This document shows positions 46,776 through 58,656 of a stretch of 64,000 bases of DNA, piece after piece (the first letter of the stretch is position 1; every line of letters begins with the position of its first letter). Made by a program: the position numbers and the translations under genes. This stretch comes from Candidatus Bathyarchaeia archaeon (lineage in GTDB: Bacteria > Hydrogenedentota > Hydrogenedentia > Hydrogenedentales > SLHB01), in assembly GCA_035530195.1 (NCBI GenBank), contig DATKVG010000103.1, positions 4,069 to 68,068 of the forward strand. The letters are read 5' to 3'. The notes under the pieces are model-generated. The model had not been told where the DNA came from, did no database searches, and saw nothing but the letters and a program-made list of their open reading frames with translations.

Positions 46776-47543
46776 ATGGAACATCTTATAGAGCGGTTTA
46801 CTTGGCATTATGTGCCATTTACCGACTATCGCATCCCGTTAGGCGGGATCAACATGTCCACGATTGTCAATACCCTGCTGGTGATGGCGCTCCTGCTCGG
46901 CGTGCTTCGGGCGCTGACCCGGCGGATGTTGCCGGCGCCAGGCCGCGGGCAGGCGTTGGCCGAATTGCTTGTGGAGAGTTGGGACCGGATGTACGCGGTG
47001 ACGTTTGACGAGGTGGGAGACCCCCACTACGAAGAAAAGCGGAGGAGGCTGGTGCCGCTGCTCTCGGCGCTGTTCATATTCATCCTGATCTCGAACGCGA
47101 TTGTGGCGCTGCCCGTGCCTTTCGTCCAGGAACCCACGAGCGACCTCAATTGCACGCTGGCCCTGGGGTTTTTCAGCCTCTCGTGCGCAACCGTTTATGG
47201 TATTCGCTACAAGGGCGTCCGGGGCACCTTGAAAGAAATGGCGGGCCCCCTGTGGCAAACAGAAAGCGCGGCATGGTGGGCATCGGCCGCGGGCAAGGCG
47301 TCGGCCCTGCTGTTTTTCCCGATCCACGTGATCGGCGAGGTCTCGCGGATGCTGTCGATCTCGTTCCGGTTGTTCGGCAACATTCTGGGCGGTGCGACCA
47401 TCATTGCAGTGATTTTCCTGCTGGTGCGCGGGCTTTTTGTCCCGCTGATCATGGACAGTTTCTTCCTGGCGTTTGAAGCCGCCGTACAGGCTTACGTGTT
47501 TTCCATGCTGACCCTTGTTTACGTAGCGGTAGCCACAGAATGA
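46776..47543 (+). CDS. atpB: F0F1 ATP synthase subunit a
   Basis: The conserved Arg-containing helix (ISFRLFGNILGG) is present. 255 aa with 5-6 TM helices. Confidence 0.85.
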   Translation: MEHLIERFTWHYVPFTDYRIPLGGINMSTIVNTLLVMALLLGVLRALTRRMLPAPGRGQALAELLVESWDRMYAVTFDEVGDPHYEEKRRRLVPLLSALFIFILISNAIVALPVPFVQEPTSDLNCTLALGFFSLSCATVYGIRYKGVRGTLKEMAGPLWQTESAAWWASAAGKASALLFFPIHVIGEVSRMLSISFRLFGNILGGATIIAVIFLLVRGLFVPLIMDSFFLAFEAAVQAYVFSMLTLVYVAVATE

Positions 47544-47615
47544 GATTGCCTGCCGCCTGGATAAATCCGGCGCCCGCTGCGCCGGCAACATCAAATTGTA
47601 GAAAGGATTGCCCCT

Positions 47616-47924
47616 ATGGATGTGAGTACTGCATTGACTCTACTGCAAGCGACGGTGGCCCAGGCCGCGCAGACAGCGCCCACCGGCCTCGATCTACGCG
47701 CCATAGCCGGCGTGGCCGCGGCGGCTTTTGCAATTTCGTTTGGCGTAATCGGGGCGGCGCTCAGCGAGGGCTACGCCACCGCCCGCGCCTGCGAGAGCAT
47801 TGCCCGGAACCCGCAGGCTGCCGGGGCTATTACGCGCACCATGTTGATCGGCCAGGCCATCACCGAGTCCACCGCCATTTACGCCCTGTTGATTGCGCTG
47901 CTGATCCTGGTGTTGGCTGTTTGA
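47616..47924 (+). CDS. atpE: F0F1 ATP synthase subunit c
   Basis: 102-aa hairpin proteolipid with the conserved carboxylate helix (LIGQAITESTAIYALLIALLIL). Confidence 0.9.
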   Translation: MDVSTALTLLQATVAQAAQTAPTGLDLRAIAGVAAAAFAISFGVIGAALSEGYATARACESIARNPQAAGAITRTMLIGQAITESTAIYALLIALLILVLAV

Positions 47925-47952
47925 ATCAACCGGCCGCGAAAGCAGACCCGAC

Positions 47953-48384
47953 ATGGTTTCCCTGAACCTCACTTTTGTGGTGCAACTGGCGTTGTTCCTG
48001 GTTTTCTACGCCGTGTCCCGCCGTCTCATTTTTGAGCCGCTCCACCGCCTGATGCTCGAGCGTCAGGCCAGAATCCGGCACGAAGAAGATCTGGCCAAAA
48101 AAGACCAGCAAGAATCCGAGCGGCTGCAAGAACTCGAGGCGGAGCGGCTCGCGGCCGCCCAGCAGCAGGGCGCGCAGCGCCTCCGCGATGCACGGTTCAA
48201 CGCCTACCGGCAGAACCGCATCGAGGCCGACGAACGGCGCCAGAACGCCGACGCCGAGGTGGCCGCATTCCACGCGCGGGTTCAAAACCAAATCGACGGC
48301 GAGCAGGGGCGTTACAGCCAGGTGCTCCCGGACCTGGTCGAGGCCATGGATCGCCAGGTCAACGTAGAAGGGAGCCTGATGTGA
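47953..48384 (+). CDS. F0F1 ATP synthase subunit b' (second b-type subunit)
   Basis: N-terminal single TM helix and a long charged coiled coil. It precedes a second b-type gene. Confidence 0.7.
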   Translation: MVSLNLTFVVQLALFLVFYAVSRRLIFEPLHRLMLERQARIRHEEDLAKKDQQESERLQELEAERLAAAQQQGAQRLRDARFNAYRQNRIEADERRQNADAEVAAFHARVQNQIDGEQGRYSQVLPDLVEAMDRQVNVEGSLM

Positions 48385-49139
48385 GACCTGTCAGGCGGTT
48401 CCTTCTGATTTCGCTTGCGGCCTACGCGGTGCTTGCGGCGATCGGGCTTGTCTGGTTGCGGTCGTCCGACCTGTCCAAGCGGTACCTGGCGCAAAACCAG
48501 GCCGCCCACGAACGATTTGTAGCCATAACCAAGGATCCCGCCTTTCAGTTGTTCCGGGAACGGCCGCACCTTTATTCGCCGGAAGATGCGCGCCACGAAC
48601 AACTGGCGTTTGTCCAGGCGTACCAGGCGCACCCCGAATACCGTGCGGAGCGGCTGCGGATCGAGGCGTTCACGCTGTACTTTCATGTCTTGAACGGCGT
48701 GACGTTCCTGGTGCTGGTGATCCGGTTCGCGTATCGGCCGACACTCAATTACCTGGACAAGCGGGTTCAGGATATTAAGGCCCAAATGACCAACGCTTCC
48801 GGAACCCGCACTGCGGCTATGCACCGGCTGGCCGAGGTCCAGGCGGAGGCCGACCAATGGCCGCAGAAGGAAGCCAAAATAAGAGCCCGCGCCGACGAGG
48901 CCATAAACGCCAGCCTGGTCCAAATCCACGAGGAAGCCCGGCTGGCCCGAATACAGCTTGCCCGCGAAACCGAAGATCGCAAACGCGCCGAACTCTTTCG
49001 GGCCGCCGCCTTGATTAAGCAGGAGTTGGTGTCTCAGGCCGTCGAAACGCTCGAGGCGCGTTACGCGGCGGAAACCTCGGAGCGCGACTTGCGGGATAAG
49101 GTAGATGAGTTTGTGCGCCTGCTGGATCTGATTGCATGA
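48381..49139 (+). CDS. atpF: F0F1 ATP synthase subunit b
   Basis: Single TM helix plus coiled coil. Its GTG start overlaps the upstream stop (GTGA). At 252 aa it is unusually long for a b subunit. Confidence 0.7.
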   Translation: MRPVRRFLLISLAAYAVLAAIGLVWLRSSDLSKRYLAQNQAAHERFVAITKDPAFQLFRERPHLYSPEDARHEQLAFVQAYQAHPEYRAERLRIEAFTLYFHVLNGVTFLVLVIRFAYRPTLNYLDKRVQDIKAQMTNASGTRTAAMHRLAEVQAEADQWPQKEAKIRARADEAINASLVQIHEEARLARIQLARETEDRKRAELFRAAALIKQELVSQAVETLEARYAAETSERDLRDKVDEFVRLLDLIA

Positions 49140-49699
49140 GAAAATCGCTCCTCATAGAACGTTACGCAAAGGCACTGGGAGAGTCGCTGGCCGGACCCGA
49201 TGTCTTGCGAAACACAACCAAGGCCCTCTCGGGGCTGGCGCTGTTTTTTGAGCGCACACCCTCGCTCAGGAACGCACTGGGAAACCCCGCCCACGCTATG
49301 AGCCGGCGCCGGCAAATCCTCGACTTGGTCCTCGATAATCACCAAGCCGACCAACCGCTGCGCAACTTCATGCACGCCCTGCTCGACCGAAACAGAATGG
49401 CCCTGTTGCCCGCCATCGCCGAGCAGTTTGATCGCAGCATCGACGAGTTGCTCAACACCGTCGATGTGCGCGTCGTGACAGTCATCCCGCTGGCCGAAGA
49501 CGTCCGTGGGCGGCTGGTGAAGGCACTGGAACGGCTGGCGGGGAAAACGGTGCGCTTGCGCAATGAGCTAGACCCGGCCATCGTCGCAGGCCTCATTGTC
49601 TACATGTGGGGCGTCTATTTTGATTTCAGCCTGCGCACGAGGCTCGAACGGCTCAAGCAACTGTTGCTTGCGGAGGAAAAGACGCAGTATGGATATTAA
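49136..49699 (+). CDS. atpH: F0F1 ATP synthase subunit delta (OSCP)
   Basis: 187-aa OSCP-like helical protein, positioned between b and alpha. Confidence 0.8.
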   Translation: MRKSLLIERYAKALGESLAGPDVLRNTTKALSGLALFFERTPSLRNALGNPAHAMSRRRQILDLVLDNHQADQPLRNFMHALLDRNRMALLPAIAEQFDRSIDELLNTVDVRVVTVIPLAEDVRGRLVKALERLAGKTVRLRNELDPAIVAGLIVYMWGVYFDFSLRTRLERLKQLLLAEEKTQYGY

Positions 49700-51221
49700 G
49701 GCCCGAGCCGACGAACTCAGCGAACTGATCCGCCGCCAAATCAGCGATTTCAAGTGGAGCATCGACATCGCCGAAGTCGGAACCGTCGTCCAGGCCGGCG
49801 ACGGCATCGCCTCGATCTACGGGCTGGAAAAAGCGATGGCCGGCGAGTTGCTCGAGTTCCCCCACGATGTGACCGGAATGGTGTTCAACCTCGAAGAAAA
49901 CAACGTCGGCGCGGTCCTGTTGGGCGACTTCGACAAGATCGGCGAAGGCGATACCGTCAAACGCACCGGCCGGATTGCTTCGGTGCCGGTGGGCGAGGGA
50001 CTGATAGGGCGGGTCGTCAACGCATTGGGGCAGCCGCTGGATGGCCGCGGCCCCATCGACGTCACCCGCTACAATCCCGTCGAGCACATCGCTCCCGGAA
50101 TTGTCGAGCGCCAGCCCGTCCGACGGCCCCTGCAAACCGGCATCAAGGCCATCGACTCCATGACGGCCATTGGCCGCGGCCAGCGCGAGTTGATTATCGG
50201 CGACCGCCAAACCGGCAAGACCGCCATCGTCGTCGACACCATCATCAGCCAGCGCAACAGCGACGTGATCTGCATCTACGTCGCCATCGGCCAGAAACAA
50301 TCAAGCGTGGCCCGGGTGGTGCAGGACCTGGTGGCGCATGGCGCGATGGACTACGTGATCGTGGTGCTGGCGTCGGCCTCCGAATCCGCCCCCATGCAGT
50401 ATCTGGCCGCGTATGCCGGGTGTGCCATGGGCGAATATTTCCGCGACAAAGGCCTCCACGCCCTCGTCGTCTACGACGACCTCAGCAAGCACGCCGTCGC
50501 ATACCGGCAGTTGAGCCTGCTGTTGCGCCGCCCGCCCGGCAGAGAGGCTTATCCGGGCGACATTTTCTACCTGCACTCGCGGCTACTCGAGCGCGCCGCC
50601 ACCCTCAACGAACATCACGGCGGCGGCACCCTGACCGCCCTGCCCATCATCGAAACCCAGGCCGGCGACATCTCCGCCTACATCCCCACCAACATCATCT
50701 CGATTACGGACGGACAGATCTTCCTCGAGTCAAGCCTGTTCTACGCGGGCGTCCGGCCCGCCATCAACCCCGGCATCAGCGTGTCCCGCGTCGGCGGCGC
50801 CGCGCAGACCCCCGCCATGAAAAAAGTCGCCGGCATGTTGCGCCTCAACCTGGCGCAGTACCGCGAGCTCGAGGCCTTTGCCCAGTTCGGCACCGAACTC
50901 GATGCCTCGACCCGCGCCCAGTTGAACCGCGGCGCGCATCTGGTCGAGATCCTCAAACAGCCGCTGTACCAGCCGCTGCCGATCGAAAAACAAACCATCA
51001 TCATCCACGCCGCGGCCTCCGGCTTCCTGGACGACATCCCGCTCAGCGAGGTCGGAACGCTTGAACAGGAACTCTACAGCTACCTGGATACACAGCACGC
51101 CAATCTGCTTAGCGAACTCGCCAAAACCGGCGAACTTTCCGACCAACTAATGGCCGCCATTGATAACGCCATCCGCACCTTCCTCGAAACCGTCTGGCAC
51201 GAAGGCAAAGGCCGCCGATGA
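49689..51221 (+). CDS. atpA: F0F1 ATP synthase subunit alpha
   Basis: Walker A (GDRQTGKT). 510 aa. The ATG at 49689 overlaps the atpH stop. The ORF-track extension was rejected. Confidence 0.92.
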   Translation: MDIKARADELSELIRRQISDFKWSIDIAEVGTVVQAGDGIASIYGLEKAMAGELLEFPHDVTGMVFNLEENNVGAVLLGDFDKIGEGDTVKRTGRIASVPVGEGLIGRVVNALGQPLDGRGPIDVTRYNPVEHIAPGIVERQPVRRPLQTGIKAIDSMTAIGRGQRELIIGDRQTGKTAIVVDTIISQRNSDVICIYVAIGQKQSSVARVVQDLVAHGAMDYVIVVLASASESAPMQYLAAYAGCAMGEYFRDKGLHALVVYDDLSKHAVAYRQLSLLLRRPPGREAYPGDIFYLHSRLLERAATLNEHHGGGTLTALPIIETQAGDISAYIPTNIISITDGQIFLESSLFYAGVRPAINPGISVSRVGGAAQTPAMKKVAGMLRLNLAQYRELEAFAQFGTELDASTRAQLNRGAHLVEILKQPLYQPLPIEKQTIIIHAAASGFLDDIPLSEVGTLEQELYSYLDTQHANLLSELAKTGELSDQLMAAIDNAIRTFLETVWHEGKGRR

Positions 51222-52069
51222 ACCTCCAAGAAATCAGACGCCGCATCAACAGCGTAAAAAACACGCAGAAAATCACGCGCGCCATGAAAATGGTGGCCGC
51301 GTCAAAGCTGCGCAGGGCCCAGGAAGCCATCCGGCGAACCCGACCATACGCCCATAACATGGGCGACCTCACAAAGGCGCTCGCCTCGCGCGCCGACCCC
51401 GAAAAACACCCCCTGTTACGGCCCGGCAGCGGCAGCACGGTCGGGCTGGTGGTCGTGACCTCCGACAGGGGTTTGTGCGGCGGGTTCAACGTCAACATCA
51501 TCAACGAAACAATGCGGGCGATACACGAGGAGTTCGCCGGCAGGCCCGTCGAACTGATTGTCATCGGGCGCAAAGGCGTCGACACGTTCAAACGGCGCAA
51601 CGTGACGGTTCGCCGGGCGTTTCCGGGCCTGTTTGACCGGTTCAGCGTGAATTCCGCTTCCGCCGTTGTGGATGATTTCGTGCAGCGGTTCACGGGTGGC
51701 GAGTTCAGCGAGGTCTATTGCGTCTACAACGAGTTTAAGACGGCCGTCACACAGCGGGTCGTGCTCGAACGGCTGCTTCCTTATCCGTCTTTGGAGGCCG
51801 CGGAAACGTCACAGGTTGACTATATTTTCGAGCCGTCTGAAGACCAGATCCTGTTTCAGTTGCTTGTAAACAACGGCTACGTCCAGATGTACCGGATCCT
51901 GCACGAGTCCGCGGCCAGCGAGCACGGCGCACGGATGAGCTCGATGGACTCGGCTACCCGCAACGCCGGCGACATCGTCGGAAAGCTAACGCTGACATAC
52001 AACAAGGCGCGCCAGGCGGAAATCACACGTGAAGTCACCGAGGTGATCAGCGCCGCCGAGGCCGTATAA
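51218..52069 (+). CDS. atpG: F0F1 ATP synthase subunit gamma
   Basis: Starts [35 protein letters not shown], the canonical gamma N-terminus. Confidence 0.9.
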   Translation: MNLQEIRRRINSVKNTQKITRAMKMVAASKLRRAQEAIRRTRPYAHNMGDLTKALASRADPEKHPLLRPGSGSTVGLVVVTSDRGLCGGFNVNIINETMRAIHEEFAGRPVELIVIGRKGVDTFKRRNVTVRRAFPGLFDRFSVNSASAVVDDFVQRFTGGEFSEVYCVYNEFKTAVTQRVVLERLLPYPSLEAAETSQVDYIFEPSEDQILFQLLVNNGYVQMYRILHESAASEHGARMSSMDSATRNAGDIVGKLTLTYNKARQAEITREVTEVISAAEAV

Positions 52070-52084
52070 TGCAAACTATAAGCA

Positions 52085-52150
52085 AAAAACGGGGACTGAC
52101 TCGCTTTTCTCGGCAGTTTGAGAAAAGCGTGTCTGTCCCCGCTTTTCGCG
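52085..52150 (+). terminator. long hairpin (10-bp inner plus 6-bp outer stem) with U-rich tail between atpG and atpD; likely partial terminator/attenuator
   Basis: ggggac-tgact-cgcttttctc-ggcagttt-gagaaaagcg-tgtct-gtcccc-gcttttcg is read directly. Confidence 0.5.
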
Positions 52151-52214
52151 GACCTACCTTCATCGTTTACGGGCGAGGCAAAGCTTCAGGGCAGAATTTG
52201 CGAGGCAAGCTTGA

Positions 52215-53624
<1,410 letters not shown>

Positions 53625-53626
53625 CC

Positions 53627-54058
53627 GTGCCCGGCCCATACGGAGATTTGCTAATCCTTGAAATTTCCGCCCTCGACCGCGACCCGGTCCGGCTCGAAGT
53701 TGCCGACGTCTCCCTGCCCGGCACCGAAGGCGTATTTACCGTCCTCCCCGGCCACGCGCCTATGGTGGCCACCATCACGATAGGCGTATTGACCGCCACC
53801 CTCTTGTCGGGCATCCGCCACTCGTTCGCCGTCAGCAGCGGGTTGGTCCACGTCATCCAGAACAAAGTCCTCGTCCTGACGCAAACCGCCGAAATGGACA
53901 CCGAAATCGACCTCGATCGTGCCGAAGCCGCACAAAAATGGGCCGAGCAGGAAATCGACAAGGCAAAAGGCACCGCCGACGTCGGCGTCGCAGAAATCGC
54001 CCTCAAACGAGCCATCATACGCATCCGCGCCCGACACGGCGAATCCGCCGGCACATAG
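53627..54058 (+). CDS. atpC: F0F1 ATP synthase subunit epsilon
   Basis: Beta-sandwich N-terminus (LLILEISALDRDPVRLEVADVSLPGTEGVFTVLPGHAPM) and a helical hairpin C-terminus. The GTG start at 53627 is inferred; the ORF-track start inside atpD was rejected. Confidence 0.75.
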   Translation: MPGPYGDLLILEISALDRDPVRLEVADVSLPGTEGVFTVLPGHAPMVATITIGVLTATLLSGIRHSFAVSSGLVHVIQNKVLVLTQTAEMDTEIDLDRAEAAQKWAEQEIDKAKGTADVGVAEIALKRAIIRIRARHGESAGT

Positions 54059-54143
54059 CGAAAAACGGGAACTTGGCTCGCGACGCCTCCGGCAGTTTGG
54101 GGTTTTCCTTGAAAATTAGCAGTCTATCTGCTATTATTCAATC

Positions 54144-55292
54144 ATGATAAAGGTCCCAAGATACCGCCTTTTGGAGTCGGTTGAGTGCGAACTCGGGCGG
54201 TTTCCCGTTGTCCTGCTGCTTGGGCCGCGTCAGTGCGGGAAGACGACGCTGGCTCGCGAAATCGCCGAGATCCGCGGCGCCCACTACTACGACCTTGAGG
54301 ACCCGGAGAATCCGCTCTTGCCGGAGTCGGCCGGCATAACACTTCGCGCGCTGGAGGGGCTGGTCGTCATTGACGAGTTCCAGCGGATGCCTCAACTTTT
54401 CAACCTGCTTCGCGTCCTGGCTGATCGGCGCCCGTTGCCGGCACGTTTCCTGATTCTGGGGAGCGCGTCCCCCGATCTGGTCAAGGGGGTTTCAGAAACC
54501 TTGGCGGGCCGTGTGGCGTATGTGGCCATGGGTGGTTTCGATCTTGGCGAGGTTGGCAGTGACTCGTGGCGGAACCTGTGGATACGGGGACGGTTTCCGG
54601 ATTCATTTCTGGCGCCGGATGATTCTCACAGTTACGACTGGCGGCAGAACTTTATCCTGTCGTTCTTGGAGCGAGACATTCCTCAGTTGGGCATCCGGGT
54701 CCCCGCGTCGACACTCAGACGTTTCTGGACGATGCTGGCTCATTGGCACGGCCAAACATGGAATGCTTCGGAACTGGCTCGAGCCCTCGGCACGCGTGAG
54801 AACACCGCACGGCATTATCTGGACATCTTGTGCGGCGCTTTCATGATCAGGCAGTTGCAGCCGTGGCTCGAGAACGTGGGTAAGCGGCTCGTCAAATCGC
54901 CAAAGATCTATTTCCGCGACACCGGGCTGCTCCACACGTTGCTCGGGCTTGGCAACCTTGACCAGGTATTGGCTCACCCCCGCCTTGGGTTCTCCTGGGA
55001 AGGCTTCGCCCTCGAAGAAGTGCTCTGCCGGCTCAACGTGGAGCAGGGCGCTTATTTCTACAAGACGCATGGAGGGGCCGAATTGGACCTCTTGATCATG
55101 CAAACCGGAAAGAGATATGGCTTTGAGTTCAAATTCCAGGATGCCCCCCGCCTAACCAAGGCCATGCACGTCGTCCTGGACGACCTCAGGTTGGACCGTC
55201 TCTTCGTGGTCTACCCCGGCTCTCAAAACTATGCCTTGGACGAGCGTATATCGGTCGTGCCGCTTAGTACTCTAAAGGAAAACTTGGCCTAA
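54144..55292 (+). CDS. AAA+ ATPase with C-terminal DUF4143 domain
   Basis: Walker A (GPRQCGKTT) and Walker B (VVIDEF). The C-terminal DUF4143-like winged-helix/restriction-fold region is typical of this widespread orphan ATPase family. Confidence 0.8.
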   Translation: MIKVPRYRLLESVECELGRFPVVLLLGPRQCGKTTLAREIAEIRGAHYYDLEDPENPLLPESAGITLRALEGLVVIDEFQRMPQLFNLLRVLADRRPLPARFLILGSASPDLVKGVSETLAGRVAYVAMGGFDLGEVGSDSWRNLWIRGRFPDSFLAPDDSHSYDWRQNFILSFLERDIPQLGIRVPASTLRRFWTMLAHWHGQTWNASELARALGTRENTARHYLDILCGAFMIRQLQPWLENVGKRLVKSPKIYFRDTGLLHTLLGLGNLDQVLAHPRLGFSWEGFALEEVLCRLNVEQGAYFYKTHGGAELDLLIMQTGKRYGFEFKFQDAPRLTKAMHVVLDDLRLDRLFVVYPGSQNYALDERISVVPLSTLKENLA

Positions 55293-55473
55293 AGCGGGTG
55301 AATTCGGCCCGCCTGCGCATGACCGGCTACAAACCACGTTTCCCAAATGACGCGTGTCCTGTGTTGGAGATCGGCAACCTTTCCTTCCCAACGGGACACG
55401 CCGGTTGAAGTCCCACTGTGAATCGTGGTCAAATGCCAAGGCAGCCACGGGCACAAAAACGGAGGGATGAATC

Positions 55474-56922
55474 ATGTGTACACATTGCACGCGTCGGCAT
55501 TTTCTAGGGGTAAGCGCGGCGACCGGGATAGCGCTGGCTACGGGCCATTTGGCGGTTGCCGCGAATGCGCCGACGTCCGCGGCCGCTACTGATTCAAAGG
55601 TCCGAATCTGTGCCATCATTGCCGGCAAGCCGGGGGAGATCAGTTGGAACCCGTCCGAAGCGGAAATCACGGCTGCGCGGGACCGCCTGGCCAAAGCAGA
55701 AAAAAACCTTGGCAACGTCGAATTCGTTGTCGGCCAGGCAAATAATGCCGAGGAGACCGCTCAGTTGCTGGACCAAGCCGGGCCCGACGCGCCCGTGCTC
55801 GTGATCAGCGCACACATCTTCGGGCCGACAAAGGTCATGCCGACCATCTTCGAACAGCGCCGGCCGGCCGCCTTGTTTCACCTCCCGGTCGTTGGCGGGC
55901 ACGACTGGTGCCTGGTGAAGCCGTGGCGCGAGGAAGGCAACCGGGTCACGCTCTTTAACAGCAGCGACTACAACGAACTGGAGCGGGCTGCGGCACTGCT
56001 TCGGGTGGTTCCGCTGTTGCGACGAAGCCGGGTACTCGTTTCTCCGCCGTTCAAGGGCACGCCCGAATCCTATGCGCCGGATAAGGTCAAAGAGCGGCTT
56101 GGGGTCGAACTCGTGCAGATCGCCGATGGGCGTTATGACGAGGTTATGGCGAATGTGGACGCTGCCGCCGCAGAGACCGAAGCGAAGACGTGGCTTGACG
56201 AGGCACAGAGTATCGTCGAACCGGCCCGCGAGGACGTTGTCAAGGCCGCCAAGGCTAGCCTGACCTTGGACCAGTTGATCGCCGAGAACCACGCTGACGC
56301 GTTGTGCGTCGGGACATGCATGGGCTGGCTCAACCGCGGTTTTCCATGCCTGGGCTTTTCGCGCCTTAACGACCGCGGAATCCCCGCCGCCTGCGACGGG
56401 GACGTGGACTGCGTCCTCACCATGTTGATGTTCCAGCACGCGCTGAACCAGGCCGGTTTCCTGGGCAACGCGGCGGGCGTGGATACGTCCAAGAACGCGT
56501 TTCACCTCTCCCACTGCTCAGCCCCGCTGCGAATGGAAGGCCCTGAGAGCCCCAGATCACCCTACCTGCTTCGCCGGCATGCGGAGGTCCGTGGCGGCGC
56601 AGTGACCGAAGTCCATTATCGCATCGGACAGAAAGTCACCTTCACCAAACTGGTCCACCTTGACACCCTGTTGATGTTTACCGGAAAGATCATCGAAGTC
56701 CCCGAGGTTCCCAAAGGCCAAGAACGGGGTTGCCGGACCGAAATCGCCGCCGAGGTAAATGACGCAGACAAGCTGCTGGAAAACTGGGGCGGCGGGGCAC
56801 TGGGCGCGAGCGCCAAGGACTACTACGCCTCGTTGCACCGGGTGGCCTACTACGGCGACCATACCCAAACCATCCGGCACTTGGCCCACCTGACTGGAAT
56901 GAAGGTCGTCGAGGAAGTCTGA
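55474..56922 (+). CDS. Tat-exported protein of unknown function
   Basis: Twin-arginine signal (TRRHFLGVSAATGIALATG...AVAANA). The 480-aa mature protein has no recognised motif. A long hairpin terminator follows. Confidence 0.6.
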   Translation: MCTHCTRRHFLGVSAATGIALATGHLAVAANAPTSAAATDSKVRICAIIAGKPGEISWNPSEAEITAARDRLAKAEKNLGNVEFVVGQANNAEETAQLLDQAGPDAPVLVISAHIFGPTKVMPTIFEQRRPAALFHLPVVGGHDWCLVKPWREEGNRVTLFNSSDYNELERAAALLRVVPLLRRSRVLVSPPFKGTPESYAPDKVKERLGVELVQIADGRYDEVMANVDAAAAETEAKTWLDEAQSIVEPAREDVVKAAKASLTLDQLIAENHADALCVGTCMGWLNRGFPCLGFSRLNDRGIPAACDGDVDCVLTMLMFQHALNQAGFLGNAAGVDTSKNAFHLSHCSAPLRMEGPESPRSPYLLRRHAEVRGGAVTEVHYRIGQKVTFTKLVHLDTLLMFTGKIIEVPEVPKGQERGCRTEIAAEVNDADKLLENWGGGALGASAKDYYASLHRVAYYGDHTQTIRHLAHLTGMKVVEEV

Positions 56923-56940
56923 CCGAACAAGACAATCGAA

Positions 56941-57030
56941 TCTGGAACTCAGGAACTCAGGAAGCAGACAGCCGCGCGATCGCAGACCTTCCCTGATCTC
57001 ATGAGTTCCAGATTTTCCTGACTTTGAAGC
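56941..57030 (+). terminator. long imperfect hairpin with U-rich tail after the Tat-exported protein gene; part of the segmental duplication
   Basis: atctggaactca...(~50 nt)...tgagttccagattttcc. A diverged copy lies at 61052-61135. Confidence 0.4.
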
Positions 57031-57073
57031 CGCGTTTTCATCTGGCTGTTTGCGGATTCCAATAAGAATCGGA

Positions 57074-57277
57074 TTACAGTCCGCACAACGCGTAGATCGT
57101 GCCGGCATGGTCTCCCACGAGGATAGACGCTTCGCCGCGGCCTTCGATGTCGGCCACAATCGGCGGCCCCAGGGTTTCCGGTGCTTCCCAACGCCACAGC
57201 ACGTGTCCCGCGGCCGTGTCAGTGGAGGTGGTGAAAAAAGGCGGTGGTTGTACTAAGGTTGCGGGGCACGTCTCCAT
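57074..57277 (-). pseudogene. remnant of the 3' end of a paralog of the FG-GAP repeat protein gene (61277-63961)
   Basis: The 67-aa ORF (…TDTAAGHVLWRWEAPETLGPPIVADIEGRGEASILVGDHAGTIYAL) matches the last ~50 aa of the 894-aa protein. The flanking DNA (56941-57250) is about 85% identical to 61052-61420. Confidence 0.5.
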
Positions 57278-58656
57278 ACGAGGTTTCCTCGCTCATCGAT
57301 TCCCAAGTTTCGGCGAAGGTGCTCGTTGAGGCTAAGGGCGCTCCCCATCGCGCTGTACAGCGAGTAACTATCCCCTGACGATTCGTAGCCAAAAGGCTGA
57401 CCCGTGAACGGGTCCAAAGGGATTGACCCGCCCAGCGTCGGCGCAACCCCGTTCAGCGTCGCGGGATATTCGCCGTTTTGCGCGTGATACTGCTCGATGG
57501 CGAGTCCCAGGCTCATGAGGCCCAGATAGGCCTCGTGCCGGGCTTGGGCTTCTGCGGCCCGGGTCAGCGCCGGCAGCACCATCCGCGACATAACCCGCGT
57601 GCGCGGCAAGCCCTGGATATCCGCGTCGATTTGGTCGAACACCGGCTTGGCCTCGTAGTAGGGCAGGGCGGCGGCCTCGCCTATCCGCCCGATGATGTCC
57701 GCGTAAGCCTCTTCGTCCATGTTCAGCCAAGGCCGGGCGACGGGACTGCCGTAAATGCGCATCAGGAAACCGTTCCAGGGATCGGACGAGGAGTAGATGA
57801 CTTGGTTGATGTTGCCGCTCCGGATTTCCTCAAAAGCACCCAGCCCGAAAAAGCCTTCTCCGTTGAACGAATTGGCGAAGGCCTCCCGCTGACCTGCCCG
57901 GGAAGCGTACTCAATGAGTTCCCTGGCCGCCTCGGGCGGCAATTCCTCACCGGGAATCGACGCGCTCACTGTTTCGTACACAATGCCGTCCATGGTAATA
58001 CGGACCAGTTGTGAGATGAGGATGGGCTCCTTGTCGAGGGCGTCGGCAAGCTTCATTGTGGCCAGCAGGTCTTGTACCGCTTCGCCGTACTCGCCCCGGT
58101 CGGCCTGCATCACGGCATCCGCCGCCAGCAGGCGCGCACAATCCCGAAGCTGCGCAAGATGTGGCAGCTCCATCGCAAACCCTTTCGAGAAATCTAACTC
58201 GTATACCGGCCCGCCCGATCGGGCCAGTTCGCGCAACTCGCGAATCACGTCGCTGCAAGCCGACAAATACTCCTTGATCTTCTCGCGGTCCGCGTCAGTC
58301 CACTCTGAGGTTTTCTTTGCGACAATCTCCTCCACCTCCTCCCAGGATGGATCGGCCTGCATGACCCTCCGTTTCTTGAATACATCCTCAAAACGGGCAA
58401 TGCTTTCTTCTTCTGAAGGTCCTGCATCGGGCATTTCAATGGACGGCTGTACGGGCGCGGCTTTCCCGTTTGGAGATGTCCCCGATACGAGGCTTTGGGC
58501 CACGTGCGGGTCGAGGGCTGCCGCGGTTTTGGCTCGGAGTTTTGACACGGCGGCGGCGCGGTTCCCTTCCGTGACGAGATAGCCAATCGTCGCAGCCACC
58601 CCGATGGCGGTCACGCCAACCATTCCGATCAACCATTTATCCCGGGACGCGGCCAT
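57253..58656 (-). CDS. membrane-anchored hypothetical protein
   Basis: N-terminal signal-anchor TM helix. The ~440-aa periplasmic region has no recognised domain. Confidence 0.55.
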   Translation of the reverse strand: MAASRDKWLIGMVGVTAIGVAATIGYLVTEGNRAAAVSKLRAKTAAALDPHVAQSLVSGTSPNGKAAPVQPSIEMPDAGPSEEESIARFEDVFKKRRVMQADPSWEEVEEIVAKKTSEWTDADREKIKEYLSACSDVIRELRELARSGGPVYELDFSKGFAMELPHLAQLRDCARLLAADAVMQADRGEYGEAVQDLLATMKLADALDKEPILISQLVRITMDGIVYETVSASIPGEELPPEAARELIEYASRAGQREAFANSFNGEGFFGLGAFEEIRSGNINQVIYSSSDPWNGFLMRIYGSPVARPWLNMDEEAYADIIGRIGEAAALPYYEAKPVFDQIDADIQGLPRTRVMSRMVLPALTRAAEAQARHEAYLGLMSLGLAIEQYHAQNGEYPATLNGVAPTLGGSIPLDPFTGQPFGYESSGDSYSLYSAMGSALSLNEHLRRNLGIDERGNLVWRRAPQP

